Assembly: GCA_041690595.1 (NCBI GenBank)
Contig: JAWLHB010000019.1
Span: 12,335-76,334, forward strand
Origin: Lentisphaeria bacterium
GTDB lineage: Bacteria; Verrucomicrobiota; Lentisphaeria; JABSQK01; JAWLHB01
Length of the DNA: 64,000 bases
Direction of reading: 5' to 3'
Shown in pieces: positions 48,701 through 59,300 of the stretch (position 1 is its first letter; each line of letters starts with the position of its first letter). The position numbers and the translations under genes were made by a program. The notes beneath the pieces are model-generated. The model saw only the letters and a program-made list of their open reading frames with translations. It was not told where the DNA came from and ran no database searches.

Positions 48701-49474
48701 TTATCGGCGGTCGGCGGGGGGATGGCGTTCGCCGGTGGTCTGGTCCACTTTGACGCGCCAGAGGTAATGGTCGCCTTCACCGGGAACTGATGGGGACTTG
48801 AAGTGCTGGGCAAGGGTGCGGCGCCACTGATCGGTGCTGTTGCCGCCCGTGCGATGCGGCGTTTTGCTGTGGTGAAAGGTGACGCTCCCGCGCCGAAGCG
48901 GACAACAGATGTCCGGCGACGCTGCCTCGTCGACCGGGCAGGTGATCAAATCACTCTTCACACCGGGGGGCTGATGGTGCGGGAGGATGCCGAGCTTATG
49001 GCCGCCATCCGCGAAGTGCATGCAGCCACGCTCGTCGCCGACGTCATGAAAGGGCAGCCAGCAGGTGATCCCCTTATCGTCGAGGTTGCGGCCCCAGTAG
49101 GCTTCATCCTGATGCCAGGGGGTCGGCTTGCCGATGCCGGGTGGCTTCGCCAGAAACTGGTCGTACCAGAACGCCATCGGCTCTCCCATCAGTGCCCCGG
49201 CGAAGCGGGTGGCCCACTGCCGCATGGGCAGCTGCTCGATCGCGGGAAAGAGCGGTGTGAGCTTCGCCTGGACGATGTAGAAGGTGCGCTTCTCCCGGCT
49301 CTCCCCCTCGGACCAGGCCCAATCCTTGGCCAGCTCTTCCTTCCTCTCCAATACCTCCTGGCCCCATGCCTCGAGCTGGTCGATCTCCTCCGGATCGATC
49401 ACCTGCTCGACCACCAGATAGCCGTGCCGGTTGAAGAAGCGCAGTTCATCGTCAGTCGGGTCGCGATAGTACAT
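48701..49474 (-). CDS. phytanoyl-CoA dioxygenase (PhyH) family Fe(II)/2-oxoglutarate oxygenase
   Basis: PWHQDEAYW (HxD), ...HFADGGHKLG... and RGSVTFHHSKTPHRT contain the facial-triad and 2OG-binding blocks. Confidence 0.8.
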   Translation of the reverse strand: MYYRDPTDDELRFFNRHGYLVVEQVIDPEEIDQLEAWGQEVLERKEELAKDWAWSEGESREKRTFYIVQAKLTPLFPAIEQLPMRQWATRFAGALMGEPMAFWYDQFLAKPPGIGKPTPWHQDEAYWGRNLDDKGITCWLPFHDVGDERGCMHFADGGHKLGILPHHQPPGVKSDLITCPVDEAASPDICCPLRRGSVTFHHSKTPHRTGGNSTDQWRRTLAQHFKSPSVPGEGDHYLWRVKVDQTTGERHPPADRR

Positions 49475-49536
49475 GGGGGCCTGCCTTTGCCATCATGGCG
49501 GAAGTCGTTGAGAGTGAGGTTGGCGGGGGGGCGGCA

Positions 49537-52425
49537 TCAGCCGGCCAGCACCGCCCGGGCATGGCGGGCGAAATGGCCCCGGATATCCCGCGCATACTCG
49601 TGCAGGATGGCTTCGCCAAGGCCGTCCGCATCGCCGCAGCGGAAGAGCGCCCGCGCCAGGACCAGCTCGCGCAGAGCCAGGTTGCGCGTCGTCGTATCCG
49701 TGTCGCTGGGGGGAATATTCCCCAGCTCATCGTCCACATCGTCCCACGAATGACCGCGTATGCCATCCATCTTCAGCAGCCTGGCGAGCGGCTCCCGCCA
49801 GATCGCCCCACCGGTCTTCTCGCAGAACATGCCGATGGCGCGATGATGCGAGAAGGCATCCTCGGGACCGAGCTGGCCCAGCTTCTCGCGTACGGCGGTG
49901 GTTGCTTCCGCGGCGCTGACCATGGCGAGGCAGACAATCGCATCGTCCTGCGGGCTCAGCGAACGGCCGAACTGCCCCATACCCGTATAATTCCATCCCT
50001 CGTCCCATGGGCCGGCGATGACCTCGATCAGCGTTGGAACGCCGCGTGCGTCGCCGAGAATCGCCAGCAGTTTCGCCAGCGCCACCTGTCGGTCGCCCGG
50101 TTCCGCGTGGGCATAGGCCCGGCGCAGATGCGGAAGCGCCCGATCGGGATGCGCCAGCACGATTGCCAGCTCGCCGTAATCGTCGAGATCCGACTGGGCG
50201 GCGGCCTTTACCCGCTTGTCATCGACCGGGAAGGAATCGTCATGCGTCAGGGCTTCTTCCGGCAGGATCCGCAGGTCCACAAGGCGGCGGCGCAAGCGGG
50301 AAAGATCGATGTCGCGGATCTCGCCATCGTGGGAGAGGGCCATGGCCGCGGCCAATCCGCAGGCGTAGGCATGGTTCTGCACGTCCGGCTGCATGCGCAG
50401 AACGGGCATCACGTCGCGATGGGCGCTCAGCGCCAGCCCCGTCACCAGGATGCCGGAGACCTCCCGCGGCATGAAGCAGCCGATGGGGACCAGCGCGTCG
50501 ATGCTCTCGCGGTCCGGCGGCTTGACCAGGAAGAGCGGATGGATGGTGAAGCCATGCGTGTCGTAGTTGCTCCGGCCCAGGCAGATGCTGTCGGACCAGG
50601 TGCGATGCGCGTAGACGTCGAGGGGAGTGACCCAGGTTTCGCCGAGGATCTGCCGGCGCTCGCGCGTGTCGACCATCTGCGCCATGTCGAAGCAGCGGTT
50701 GAAGCGTCGCCGGCCGACGGTGAAGGCGCGGGTGGAATCAAGGATGTCGGCGTCTTCGATGAAGGTATAGTCGGTGTTGGTGTAGTCTGGTCGCAGGGGG
50801 CGGTAGGGAAGGCCGGCGCCCTGGACGGCCATGTGATCCCCGCCGGTGGTGGTGAAGGGGGCTCCCGCGGCCGCCGCGATATCCGCGTTGCCGGTGCAGT
50901 CGAGGACCGCCTTGGCGTGCACGATGCCGTACCCCCAGGGGGTGGCGACGACGATTCCGCGCAGCTTGCGTCCCCGCATCACCGCGCCCGTGGCGACGCT
51001 GCCATACCAGGCGGTGCCGCCTTTGCGGCGCAGCTCCTGGCGCAGCCATTCACTCTTGTGCTCCGGATTCCAGCGCCCCTTCTTCGGCGTCCCGGTCTGC
51101 CCAAGCTCCGCCACGCCACGATCCACCTCGCCCGTAAAGCCGTCCCGGTAGCCATGATAATAGATGGAGATGAAGCCCAGTGTGCCTACGCCGCCAAAGC
51201 CATGCAGGTATTCCACCACCAGACTCCTGGCCCCTTCGCCCGCCGCGGCGATGCCTGCCGGCGCACCGCCCGTGCCGCCGCCCGCCACCACCACATCCAT
51301 CTCCGCCAGAATCGGCAGCAGGCAACCCGTCGCATCGATCGTCGGCAGTCGCTCGTCTGCATAGCGATCCATGCGCAGAGGCACCCGCACATCCAGATCA
51401 CTGACGCCGATCGAATCGGCAAGCTTTACCTTGCCGGTCACCGTCGTGGCGGCAGCCATCTGCGCCGCCGCCTGGCCGATCCGCGCACCCAGCGCCACCC
51501 CGGCCACCGGCGTCAACAGCTGCTCCGCCCAGGCGCGTGGCACATCCGCGCAGCCGCTCAGTACCCACAGCCGCTCATCCCGCCCGCGGCAGCAGTCCAG
51601 CTCCAGCCCTTCCGCGCCCGGCCATTCCCCCTCGCCCGTCGTGCGCCCTACAATTGGATCAGGCGAGACGTAGAAGAGTCGGTCGCTGCTCCAGATCTGG
51701 TCCCGGTGCCAACTCCGGTCGCGTCCCACCTGCTCCGCCTCCGCAAAGCTCTGGGGGGTGCCGTCGGCCGCCGGCAGTTCGAAGCTGTAAAGGAAGGCAT
51801 CGAAGGTGCCGTTCTGCGCCTTGCCGCGCTCCTCCACCTCGATCGTCAGCGGCCGCGCCATGGGGACGCCGACATCGCCGGGGTCATTTTCGGCGCGATG
51901 GCCGATGACGATTCGCTCGAAACGCAGGGTATCCACTTCCCAGGGGCGGAAGTCCATGCCGGTCAGACGCGCCGCCAGTGCCCGCGGCGTGGCATCGATG
52001 ATCGTTTTGGCCCGAACCGCGAAGCGCCCCGAGCGGGTGGCGAAGATCAGCCCCGCGAGTTGACCCTTTCCATCTCGCAGCGCTCCAGCCGGATAGCAGC
52101 CGAAGAGAAACTCCGCCCCTGCCTCCAGCATGGCCCGATCGAGACTCTCCTTCACCTGCATGGGGCGCGCCACCACGACCTCGCGCCCCGCGTCAGCCCC
52201 GAACATCTCCCGCACCAGTGCCGGCACTTCGCCATCGACAGGGTCCAGCCACAAGCGTCCCGTGGCGCAGATATCCTCGCCGAAATAGGTCTCCATCGCC
52301 CCCACAAAGACACTGGCGCCGGCGCGCCTGGCGCTGATTGCCGCGCTTACCGCCGCGCTGCCGCCGCCGGCTATCACCACATCCACATCGTGAATGATCG
52401 GTACCTGGTTCATCCTGTCCATCAT
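49537..52425 (-). CDS. FAD-dependent oxidoreductase with two tandem PF12831-type (FAD_oxidored) modules
   Basis: The first dinucleotide-binding site is VDVVIAGGGSAAVSAAISARRAGASV and the second is MDVVVAGGGTGGAPAGIAAAGEGARSLVVE. Each half ends with a ...IDATGxADIAA... type block (TIIDATPRALAARL; VLDCTGNADIAAAAG). Confidence 0.75.
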   Translation of the reverse strand: MMDRMNQVPIIHDVDVVIAGGGSAAVSAAISARRAGASVFVGAMETYFGEDICATGRLWLDPVDGEVPALVREMFGADAGREVVVARPMQVKESLDRAMLEAGAEFLFGCYPAGALRDGKGQLAGLIFATRSGRFAVRAKTIIDATPRALAARLTGMDFRPWEVDTLRFERIVIGHRAENDPGDVGVPMARPLTIEVEERGKAQNGTFDAFLYSFELPAADGTPQSFAEAEQVGRDRSWHRDQIWSSDRLFYVSPDPIVGRTTGEGEWPGAEGLELDCCRGRDERLWVLSGCADVPRAWAEQLLTPVAGVALGARIGQAAAQMAAATTVTGKVKLADSIGVSDLDVRVPLRMDRYADERLPTIDATGCLLPILAEMDVVVAGGGTGGAPAGIAAAGEGARSLVVEYLHGFGGVGTLGFISIYYHGYRDGFTGEVDRGVAELGQTGTPKKGRWNPEHKSEWLRQELRRKGGTAWYGSVATGAVMRGRKLRGIVVATPWGYGIVHAKAVLDCTGNADIAAAAGAPFTTTGGDHMAVQGAGLPYRPLRPDYTNTDYTFIEDADILDSTRAFTVGRRRFNRCFDMAQMVDTRERRQILGETWVTPLDVYAHRTWSDSICLGRSNYDTHGFTIHPLFLVKPPDRESIDALVPIGCFMPREVSGILVTGLALSAHRDVMPVLRMQPDVQNHAYACGLAAAMALSHDGEIRDIDLSRLRRRLVDLRILPEEALTHDDSFPVDDKRVKAAAQSDLDDYGELAIVLAHPDRALPHLRRAYAHAEPGDRQVALAKLLAILGDARGVPTLIEVIAGPWDEGWNYTGMGQFGRSLSPQDDAIVCLAMVSAAEATTAVREKLGQLGPEDAFSHHRAIGMFCEKTGGAIWREPLARLLKMDGIRGHSWDDVDDELGNIPPSDTDTTTRNLALRELVLARALFRCGDADGLGEAILHEYARDIRGHFARHARAVLAG

Positions 52426-52600
52426 GCTCTCCCTGGTTGGCTGACGCTGAAAAGGTGCCTCTCAATGTACGCCCGCCTCGCCCCTCCCGCCAGTGCCCAT
52501 TGCCGCGGATTGTCACGACGCGGCAAGTCATTAACGGACGCGGAATCACGGAGACACAGAAGTGCGGAGACACAGACAACCAGACAGCCCTTCTCACGGG

Positions 52601-52670
52601 GCTCGATATCGACGGATTCGACAGAATCGATTTGCTCGATCAAGTCGATTCCTTCGATCACCTTCGACAG
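52601..52670. repeat. seven-unit direct repeat array with 9-bp period and conserved core TCGAY
   Basis: gctcgatatc gacggattcg acagaatcga tttgctcgat caagtcgatt ccttcgatca ccttcgacag. The T of each TCGA core falls at 52609, 52618, 52627, 52636, 52645, 52654 and 52664, with one extra core at 52603. It lies in the gap between the hydrolase stop and the FAD-oxidoreductase start. Confidence 0.7.
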
Positions 52671-52800
52671 CCTCCCCAAGGCAGCTTGTCGGTCGGGAGT
52701 GCGGCTCAGTGGGAGCAGGTGCCACAGAGGTCTCAGAGGTCGCTGAGGTAGACTCTTAATCTTGCCGGTGGTCTCCAGCTCAGGCCGCGTTTGGTCGTGC

Positions 52801-53862
52801 TCAGCCAAGCAGCACGTAATCCGCCGGGTTGGGAACGCGCAGGTGGTTGCAGAGTTCCGCCAGCGAGACCGGCTGCGTCGCGACCTCCACCTCGCTCCCG
52901 TCGGCGAGCAGGATGCGGGCGCTGCTTGCCGTGGGCGCGTGCAGGTGGAAGGTGTTGCGGGTGAGATCGTAATCGAGCAGGGCCACGTGATCGATCGAGG
53001 GGAGCCGCACGGTGAATCGCCGGGTGCAGAGATAGCCGGCGACGACGAAGCGTCCACGATCGGGCAGTACGGGCATGGTCCGGTGGGCGGCCAGGTGTGC
53101 CGAGATGCCGTCGTTACGGGCTGTCTCCTGCTCGTCGGTAATGCCGCCGTAATGGCCGCTGGCCCCGACGCCGGGCAGATTGAGCAGTTCGAGCAGCTCG
53201 GCTTTGCCATGGGCGTGGAGTGCGTCACGATAGGCGGTGGCCTGTTCATACTGAACGCGGTTGTCGAGTTCGCCGTGGACGATGAAGAGCGGGATCATCA
53301 GGTTCATGGCCGTGGTGCGGCCACCCCGCGAGAGGTAGGCTTCGGGATTGTTGGTGGGGTTGCCGCCAATCCAGCCGGCCCCTTCCAGCTCATCGCGAAA
53401 CTCGCCGACGGTGTCGTGCGCATGCCACAGGGCATAGTCGCTGATGCCACATTCGCAGACGGCTGCCGCGAAGAGGTCGGGGAACTTGCCGACCATGCCG
53501 AGGACGTTGCCACCGCCGCCGCTGCCGCCCCAGAGCAGGGGGGGGACCTGCGCGTCGATCCGCTCTCCGAGGATCTCCCGGGCCGCCGGGATGGCATCGA
53601 CCGCGTCCCAGAGCTCGGCCCCATTGGCATCGGGCTTGCCGGCGCTGTCACCGCGACCGCGCATCTCGGGCTGCACCAGATTGTAGTTGCCATGCCGGCA
53701 GGGCTGGACATTGTCGGTGTGGCCATGTTTGACATTGCCATGCCAGCCGTGCATGTGGATGAGCAGCGGTGCGGGCGGCGAAAGGGCAGGCTGGAAACGG
53801 GCATAAAGTAGCAGAGCGTCCTCGAAGGTCGAGGGATAGCTGGCATAGAGAGCGCCGGTCAT
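52801..53862 (-). CDS. alpha/beta hydrolase (dienelactone hydrolase / S9 peptidase-like esterase)
   Basis: The HMHGWHGN oxyanion region, the LWGGSGGGG nucleophile elbow (GxSxG) and a C-terminal His block are present. The start is uncertain: the tracker M at 53940 is an alternative to the internal M at 53862. Confidence 0.6.
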   Translation of the reverse strand: MTGALYASYPSTFEDALLLYARFQPALSPPAPLLIHMHGWHGNVKHGHTDNVQPCRHGNYNLVQPEMRGRGDSAGKPDANGAELWDAVDAIPAAREILGERIDAQVPPLLWGGSGGGGNVLGMVGKFPDLFAAAVCECGISDYALWHAHDTVGEFRDELEGAGWIGGNPTNNPEAYLSRGGRTTAMNLMIPLFIVHGELDNRVQYEQATAYRDALHAHGKAELLELLNLPGVGASGHYGGITDEQETARNDGISAHLAAHRTMPVLPDRGRFVVAGYLCTRRFTVRLPSIDHVALLDYDLTRNTFHLHAPTASSARILLADGSEVEVATQPVSLAELCNHLRVPNPADYVLLG

Positions 53863-54006
53863 GAGGTGTCTCCAGATGAGAGTGGTTTGGAAGAGCGAGA
53901 CTATAGCACCGCGCCGTCCATCCGCACAGTAGTCTTGCAATGGAGGCGTAGGAGCCTATATTCAGCTTCCTCACGCTGCAACTTCACTGTAAGCCCGGGC
54001 CTGTCC

Positions 54007-55179
54007 ATGCCGGAAGCGACTCTCGACGTCACTGTCGTTATCCCATGCCTGAACGAAGAGTTGACGCTCGGCGGCTGTATTGACGCGGCCCTTGGCGGTA
54101 TCGCGGCGGCCGGCCTTCGAGGAGAAGTGATCGTCTCGGACAATGGCAGCACCGACCGCTCGATTGCCATTGCCGAGGAGCACGGTGCCCGCGTGGTCCC
54201 TTGCCAGCGGCGGGGCTACGGGAACGCCCTGCGGACGGGGTTTGCCGCCGCCAAAGGGGAATGGATCGTCATGGGCGACGCGGATCAGTCCTACGATTTC
54301 GGTGAGATACCCCGCTTTCACGAGCAGATCAAGGCCGGCTACGAGCTGGTGATGGGGACGCGGCTGAAGGGGAAGATCGAGCGTGGCGCGATGCCCTGGC
54401 ATCATCGCTGGATCGGCAACCCGGTGCTTTCGGGCATCCTGCGGCTGCTCTTCCGCTGCCCTGTGTCGGATGCTCACTGTGGGCTTCGCGCCTTCCGGAA
54501 GGATGCCATCGAGAAGCTGGACCTGCGCACGACGGGCATGGAGCTTGCGAGCGAGATCGTCATCAAGGCGTGCAAGGCGAAGCTGCGGATAACGGAGATC
54601 CCCATCACCCTGCACAAGGACAAGCGCGACCGGCCGCCCCATCTGCGCTCCTTCCGCGACGGCTGGCGTCATCTCCGCTTCATGCTCCTCCTCGCTCCCA
54701 ACTGGCTCTTTCAGATACCCGGCCTCACGTTGATGGGCATAGGCGCTGCGCTCCAGGTCTGGCTCTTCCAGGGGCCGCGCACCATTCAGCACATCACCTT
54801 TGACGTGCATACGCTCTACTTCGGCATGAGTTTCATCATCCTGGGCTACTTCATCGTTCTGATCGGCCTCTTTGCCAAGGTCTTCAGTTTTACGGAACGC
54901 TTTCTGCCCGACAGTACACCCACCATGTATCTGGCCACGCGCTTTCACATGGAGCAGGGGCTGGTAATCGGTTTCCTTCTTGGCCTGACCGGCCTGGTGG
55001 GCATTCTCTGGGTGGTCGTGCAGTGGGGGCAGGGCGGTTTCGGCGAACTGGACGTCACGGTGACCATGCGCCCGATTATTGTCTTCGGCACGTTACTTTG
55101 TGTTGGCGTGGAGACTTTTTTCGCTTCCTTCTTCCTGAGCATGCTCGGTATTGGCCGGGATACCTATATCGGGAATTGA
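54007..55179 (+). CDS. glycosyltransferase family 2, polyprenyl-phosphate sugar transferase type (ArnC/GtrB/DPM1-like) with four C-terminal TM helices
   Basis: VVIPCLNEE...SDNGSTD...GDAD (DxD) is followed by hydrophobic segments LLLAPNWLFQIPGLTLMGIGAALQVWLF, FIILGYFIVLIGLF and LLGLTGLVGILWVVV. Confidence 0.75.
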   Translation: MPEATLDVTVVIPCLNEELTLGGCIDAALGGIAAAGLRGEVIVSDNGSTDRSIAIAEEHGARVVPCQRRGYGNALRTGFAAAKGEWIVMGDADQSYDFGEIPRFHEQIKAGYELVMGTRLKGKIERGAMPWHHRWIGNPVLSGILRLLFRCPVSDAHCGLRAFRKDAIEKLDLRTTGMELASEIVIKACKAKLRITEIPITLHKDKRDRPPHLRSFRDGWRHLRFMLLLAPNWLFQIPGLTLMGIGAALQVWLFQGPRTIQHITFDVHTLYFGMSFIILGYFIVLIGLFAKVFSFTERFLPDSTPTMYLATRFHMEQGLVIGFLLGLTGLVGILWVVVQWGQGGFGELDVTVTMRPIIVFGTLLCVGVETFFASFFLSMLGIGRDTYIGN

Positions 55180-55295
55180 CCGATCTGGTGTGGCAATGCC
55201 CATTTGTGGCACTAGAGCGGCTATACTAAAGGAGCAGCATCCGCCTCGTCCCAGATGCGCACATGAACCACTCCATCAGAAGGTGAGCTTTTTCC

Positions 55296-56237
55296 ATGGC
55301 CAAGGTAGTTCTTGTAACCGGCGGCGCCGGTTTCCTCGGTTCCCACCTGTGCGAACGACTCCTGCGCGACGGCTGCGAAGTCCTCTGCGTCGACAACTTC
55401 TTCACGGGCCAGAAGCGCAATGTCGTCCATCTGCTGGATGATCCCTTTTTCGAGGTGATCCGCCACGACATCACCTTTCCCCTCTTCATCGAGGTGGACG
55501 AAATCTTCAACCTGGCCTGTCCGGCAAGCCCTATTCACTATCAGCGCGATCCGGTGCAGACCACCAAGACGAGCGTGCACGGGGCCATCAACATGCTGGG
55601 CCTGGCCAAGCGGCTCGGTGCCCGCATCCTTCAGGCGAGCACCTCGGAAGTGTACGGCGATCCCTTCGTGCATCCACAGGACGAAAGCTACTGGGGCAAC
55701 GTCAATCCCATCGGCGTTCGCAGTTGCTATGACGAAGGGAAGCGTTGCGCGGAGACCCTCTTCTTCGACTACCATCGCCAGCACCATGTGGCCATCAAGG
55801 TCATCCGCATCTTCAACACCTATGGACCGCGGATGAGCATGCAGGATGGGCGGGTGATCAGCAACTTCATCGTGCAGGCCCTGCGGGGAGAGCCGATCAC
55901 CATCTATGGCGACGGCAGCCAGACTCGCTCCTTCCAGTATGTCGACGATCTCATCGAAGGGATGATCCGCATGATGGCCAGTCCCGCCGAGTGCACTGGC
56001 CCCGTCAATCTGGGCAATCCCGAGGAGTACAGCATCCGGCAACTCGCCGAACTCATCATCGAACTGACCAACTCGTCTTCGGAGCTGGTCTTCCACGAGC
56101 TGCCACAGGACGATCCCAGGCAGCGCCGGCCCGACATTTCGCGTGCCGCCGAGCTGCTTGACGGATGGAAGCCCTCGGTGCCCGTGCGCGAGGGACTTGC
56201 CAGGACCATTTCCTTCTTCGAAGAGCTGCTCGCCTGA
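55296..56237 (+). CDS. UDP-glucuronate decarboxylase (UDP-xylose synthase), SDR family
   Basis: [46 protein letters not shown] and the length are highly characteristic of UXS/ArnA-C-terminal-type decarboxylases. Confidence 0.85.
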   Translation: MAKVVLVTGGAGFLGSHLCERLLRDGCEVLCVDNFFTGQKRNVVHLLDDPFFEVIRHDITFPLFIEVDEIFNLACPASPIHYQRDPVQTTKTSVHGAINMLGLAKRLGARILQASTSEVYGDPFVHPQDESYWGNVNPIGVRSCYDEGKRCAETLFFDYHRQHHVAIKVIRIFNTYGPRMSMQDGRVISNFIVQALRGEPITIYGDGSQTRSFQYVDDLIEGMIRMMASPAECTGPVNLGNPEEYSIRQLAELIIELTNSSSELVFHELPQDDPRQRRPDISRAAELLDGWKPSVPVREGLARTISFFEELLA

Positions 56238-56394
56238 ATCAATGGCCTCCATCCTCTTCCAAAGAGGCAGAAAATGCCCTATAGTACTCCGGACAGGATG
56301 GGTCGGCGGGCTGGTGGTCGTGTATCATGGGGGAATCCTCAGCAATCTGATGACGCATGTTTTTCGGTCCATTTGAAGGGGTGTGGAGGCTAAC

Positions 56395-59300
56395 ATGGAT
56401 TTCATCAGCATAGAGCGAATCGAGCCGACGGTCTGCATTCGCCAGGGGTTAGGCTCGCTGGAACAGCGGATCGATGTTGTTCTGGTCAACAGCAGTGAAG
56501 AGACGGAGGTGATTCTCGCGGCCAATGGGCAGGAGCACCAGCTTGTCTGTCCTCCCGGAGAAAGCACCACCGAACTCTTCCAGCCGCTGCCGCGGAACGA
56601 CGATTCGCTGACCGTGGAGGTGCGCAGCGCGGAGCGGGTGCTGGGCTATGCCCAGTGCGCCTGGCAACCACCTCGTCGATGGACCGTCCACGTTGTCCAA
56701 CTCTCCCATCACGATGCCGGCTACACGGATCTGGCCTCGCAGGTACTTCTCGAGCAGGACCGGTGGCTGGATCGTCTCGTCGACTTCTCCAGGGAGACGG
56801 CGGACTATCCGGAGGCGGCCCGCTTTCGCGCGGTCATCGAGCAGGGATGGTCGCTGCTGCACTACCTGCGCCGTGCCCCCGAGGAGCGGCGTCATGGCCT
56901 ACTGGAGCTGTTGCGGCGGGGCGACATCGAAGTCAGTGCCCTCTTCGGCAACATGGTCACCGAACTATGCGATGACGAGACGCTGATTCGCGCGCTCTAC
57001 TCCGTTGCCGAGCTCTCGCGGCAGCATGGCTTCCGTGTCCGCACCGCCGAGCACAACGACATACCCGGTTTCTGCTGGGGGCTGAGCGAAGCGCTGGTCG
57101 ATGCCGGGGTGGAGATGTTTTGCCCGGGACTGCCCACCTACTACAACTGGGGCCATGACTGGCCCTCCTTCTGGGACGATGCCGCCATCTTTGGTCGCAA
57201 GGATGTCCCCGGCGCCTTCTGGTGGCAGACGCCGGCCGGCAAGCGGCTGCTTGTCTGGTGCAACAACCGTGGCTGTGGCGGTTCAAGCGATCCCGCCATG
57301 CCCGATCTTCCTCGCTGCCTGCGCAGCTACGAGCTGAACGGCTATCCCGGCAATCTCCTGCGCTGGCCGGTCGTTGGGGCCTCGCGCGACAACTCCCCCT
57401 ACATTCGCGGCTTTGCCGACACGATAAAGGGCTGGAATGAGCGCTGGGAATGGCCCAGACTCATTTGCAGCACCAACAGCCGCTTCCTCGACGACCTGCT
57501 ACCCACCCTGCCGGAGGATCTGCCCGTGCACCATGGTGGGCTGCCCGGCCAGGATTATCCCAGCGGCGCCATGTCGACCGCGCGTGCCAGCGCCACCGCG
57601 CGTTATGTGCAGGCGGGGCTGCCGGTGGCGGAACAGCTCGCCTGTACCGCCATGGCTCTTGCCGGCCACACCGTCAACCGCAGCCGCCTGAACGCGGCAT
57701 GGGAAGCGCTGCTCTGGCATTGCGAGCATACCTGGGGATATCACTTCCCGGCAGGGCCAGTCGCCCGGACCGCCGAACTGGAAAAGGCCGTGCATGCCCA
57801 TCGTGCCGACGCGCTCACCCAGGAGATCGCCAACAAGGCCGCCGCCTGCCTCGCCGATTCTGTCCGGCTCACCCGCGACGCCATTCATCTCGTCGTCTTC
57901 AATCCCTCCCCATGGCAGCGCACCGACCGCGTGCGACATCCGCTGCGCGAAATCGACAACTGTGGCGGCGAGCTGGTCACCCGCCTGGCTGGGGAGCAGG
58001 AGCCGGGAGCGATGTTGCGCCCCGCGATCCTGAACAACCGCTGGCCGGTGCATCCACCCCTGGATCTCGCCGCCGGACACTTCCGCCTCATCGATGTGCA
58101 GAGCGGGGCGACCGTTCCCTTCCAAGTGCTGCCCGTGAGCGACGCCCTGGGTGATGTCGTCGATGCGGCCCAGAGGGTAGGTCTCGGCAGTGGCACCAGG
58201 CGGCTCGGTCACTTCGATGAACCGCTGGGGCTGGCGCACGATCTTTGCTTCGTCGCCAACGACGTTCCCGCGGGCGGCTGGCGCACCTACCGCATGGAAG
58301 CTGATCAGGCCTCACCGTCCACGACCTACCTTCGCCAGACCACCCTCGAAAATGCCCACTATCGCATCGGCGTGCAGCCGGAGACCGGAACGATTCGCTC
58401 GATTATCGACAAGCAGGTCGAGCGCGAACTGGTGGCCTCCTATGCTGAATACCCTTTCGGCTCCCTGATTGTCGTGGATCCCCAGGGACGCGCCCACCTG
58501 AGTGCGCTGACCGCCATCCATCCCATGGAGAGCGGTCCCGTCCTGAGCCGCCTTCGTCTGGAATACGCAGCCCCCGGCCACCCGCGCATCCAGTTGACGC
58601 TGGTGCTCTGGCATGACCTGCCGGTGATCGAGATCGCCGCCCATGTCCTGAAGGCGCCAGACCCCCTTTTCAGCGTGCATCTCGCCTTCACCTTTGCCAT
58701 CGCCGGCGGGAGGTTTACCGTCGACGAGGCGCTGACCACCATCGACCCGGCGCACGACCGACTTCCCGGCGCCTACCTGAACCGCCTTGCCTGCCGCAAC
58801 TGGGTCCGTCTTGGCGACAGTACGTCGACGCTCTACTGGTCCAGCCTCGACTCCCCCATCTTCAGCCTGGGACGCCTCTGGCCGAGCCGCATGTCGCCGG
58901 CACACACATGCGTCGTCGATGCGCGTTACAGCGTCTCTCCGCAGGTGCCGGAGGATCTGGCGGGGGGAGCCATCTTCTCCACCCTCTACATGAACAATGT
59001 CGGTACGAACTTCGCCGTCTCGCAGGAAGGAAGCTGCCTCTTCCGCTATGTCATTGCCAGCACCGCCGCCGCTTCCGTTCACCCCGACACCTGCAATCGC
59101 TTTGGCGCCAGCGCCAGGCATCCGCTGACCGCGATCTATACCCGGCATGAGGGTAACCGTACGCTCCCGCCAACCTCTCCGTGGCTGCAAATCTCCGATT
59201 CATGCATCCAAGTCGTCACCCTTAAACCCGCCCTCGACGGCAATGGCTTCATCCTGCGTCTGCGCAACAGCAGGAAAGAGCCGGTGAGCGCCGGTATCCG

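Noticed and set aside
52437-52751. 104-codon plus-strand ORF spanning the TCGAY array, encoding an xxD repeat peptide
   Set aside because: It has no in-frame ATG (TTG or GTG only) and no RBS. The periodicity is better explained as a DNA element. It is kept only as a remote possibility in the findings.
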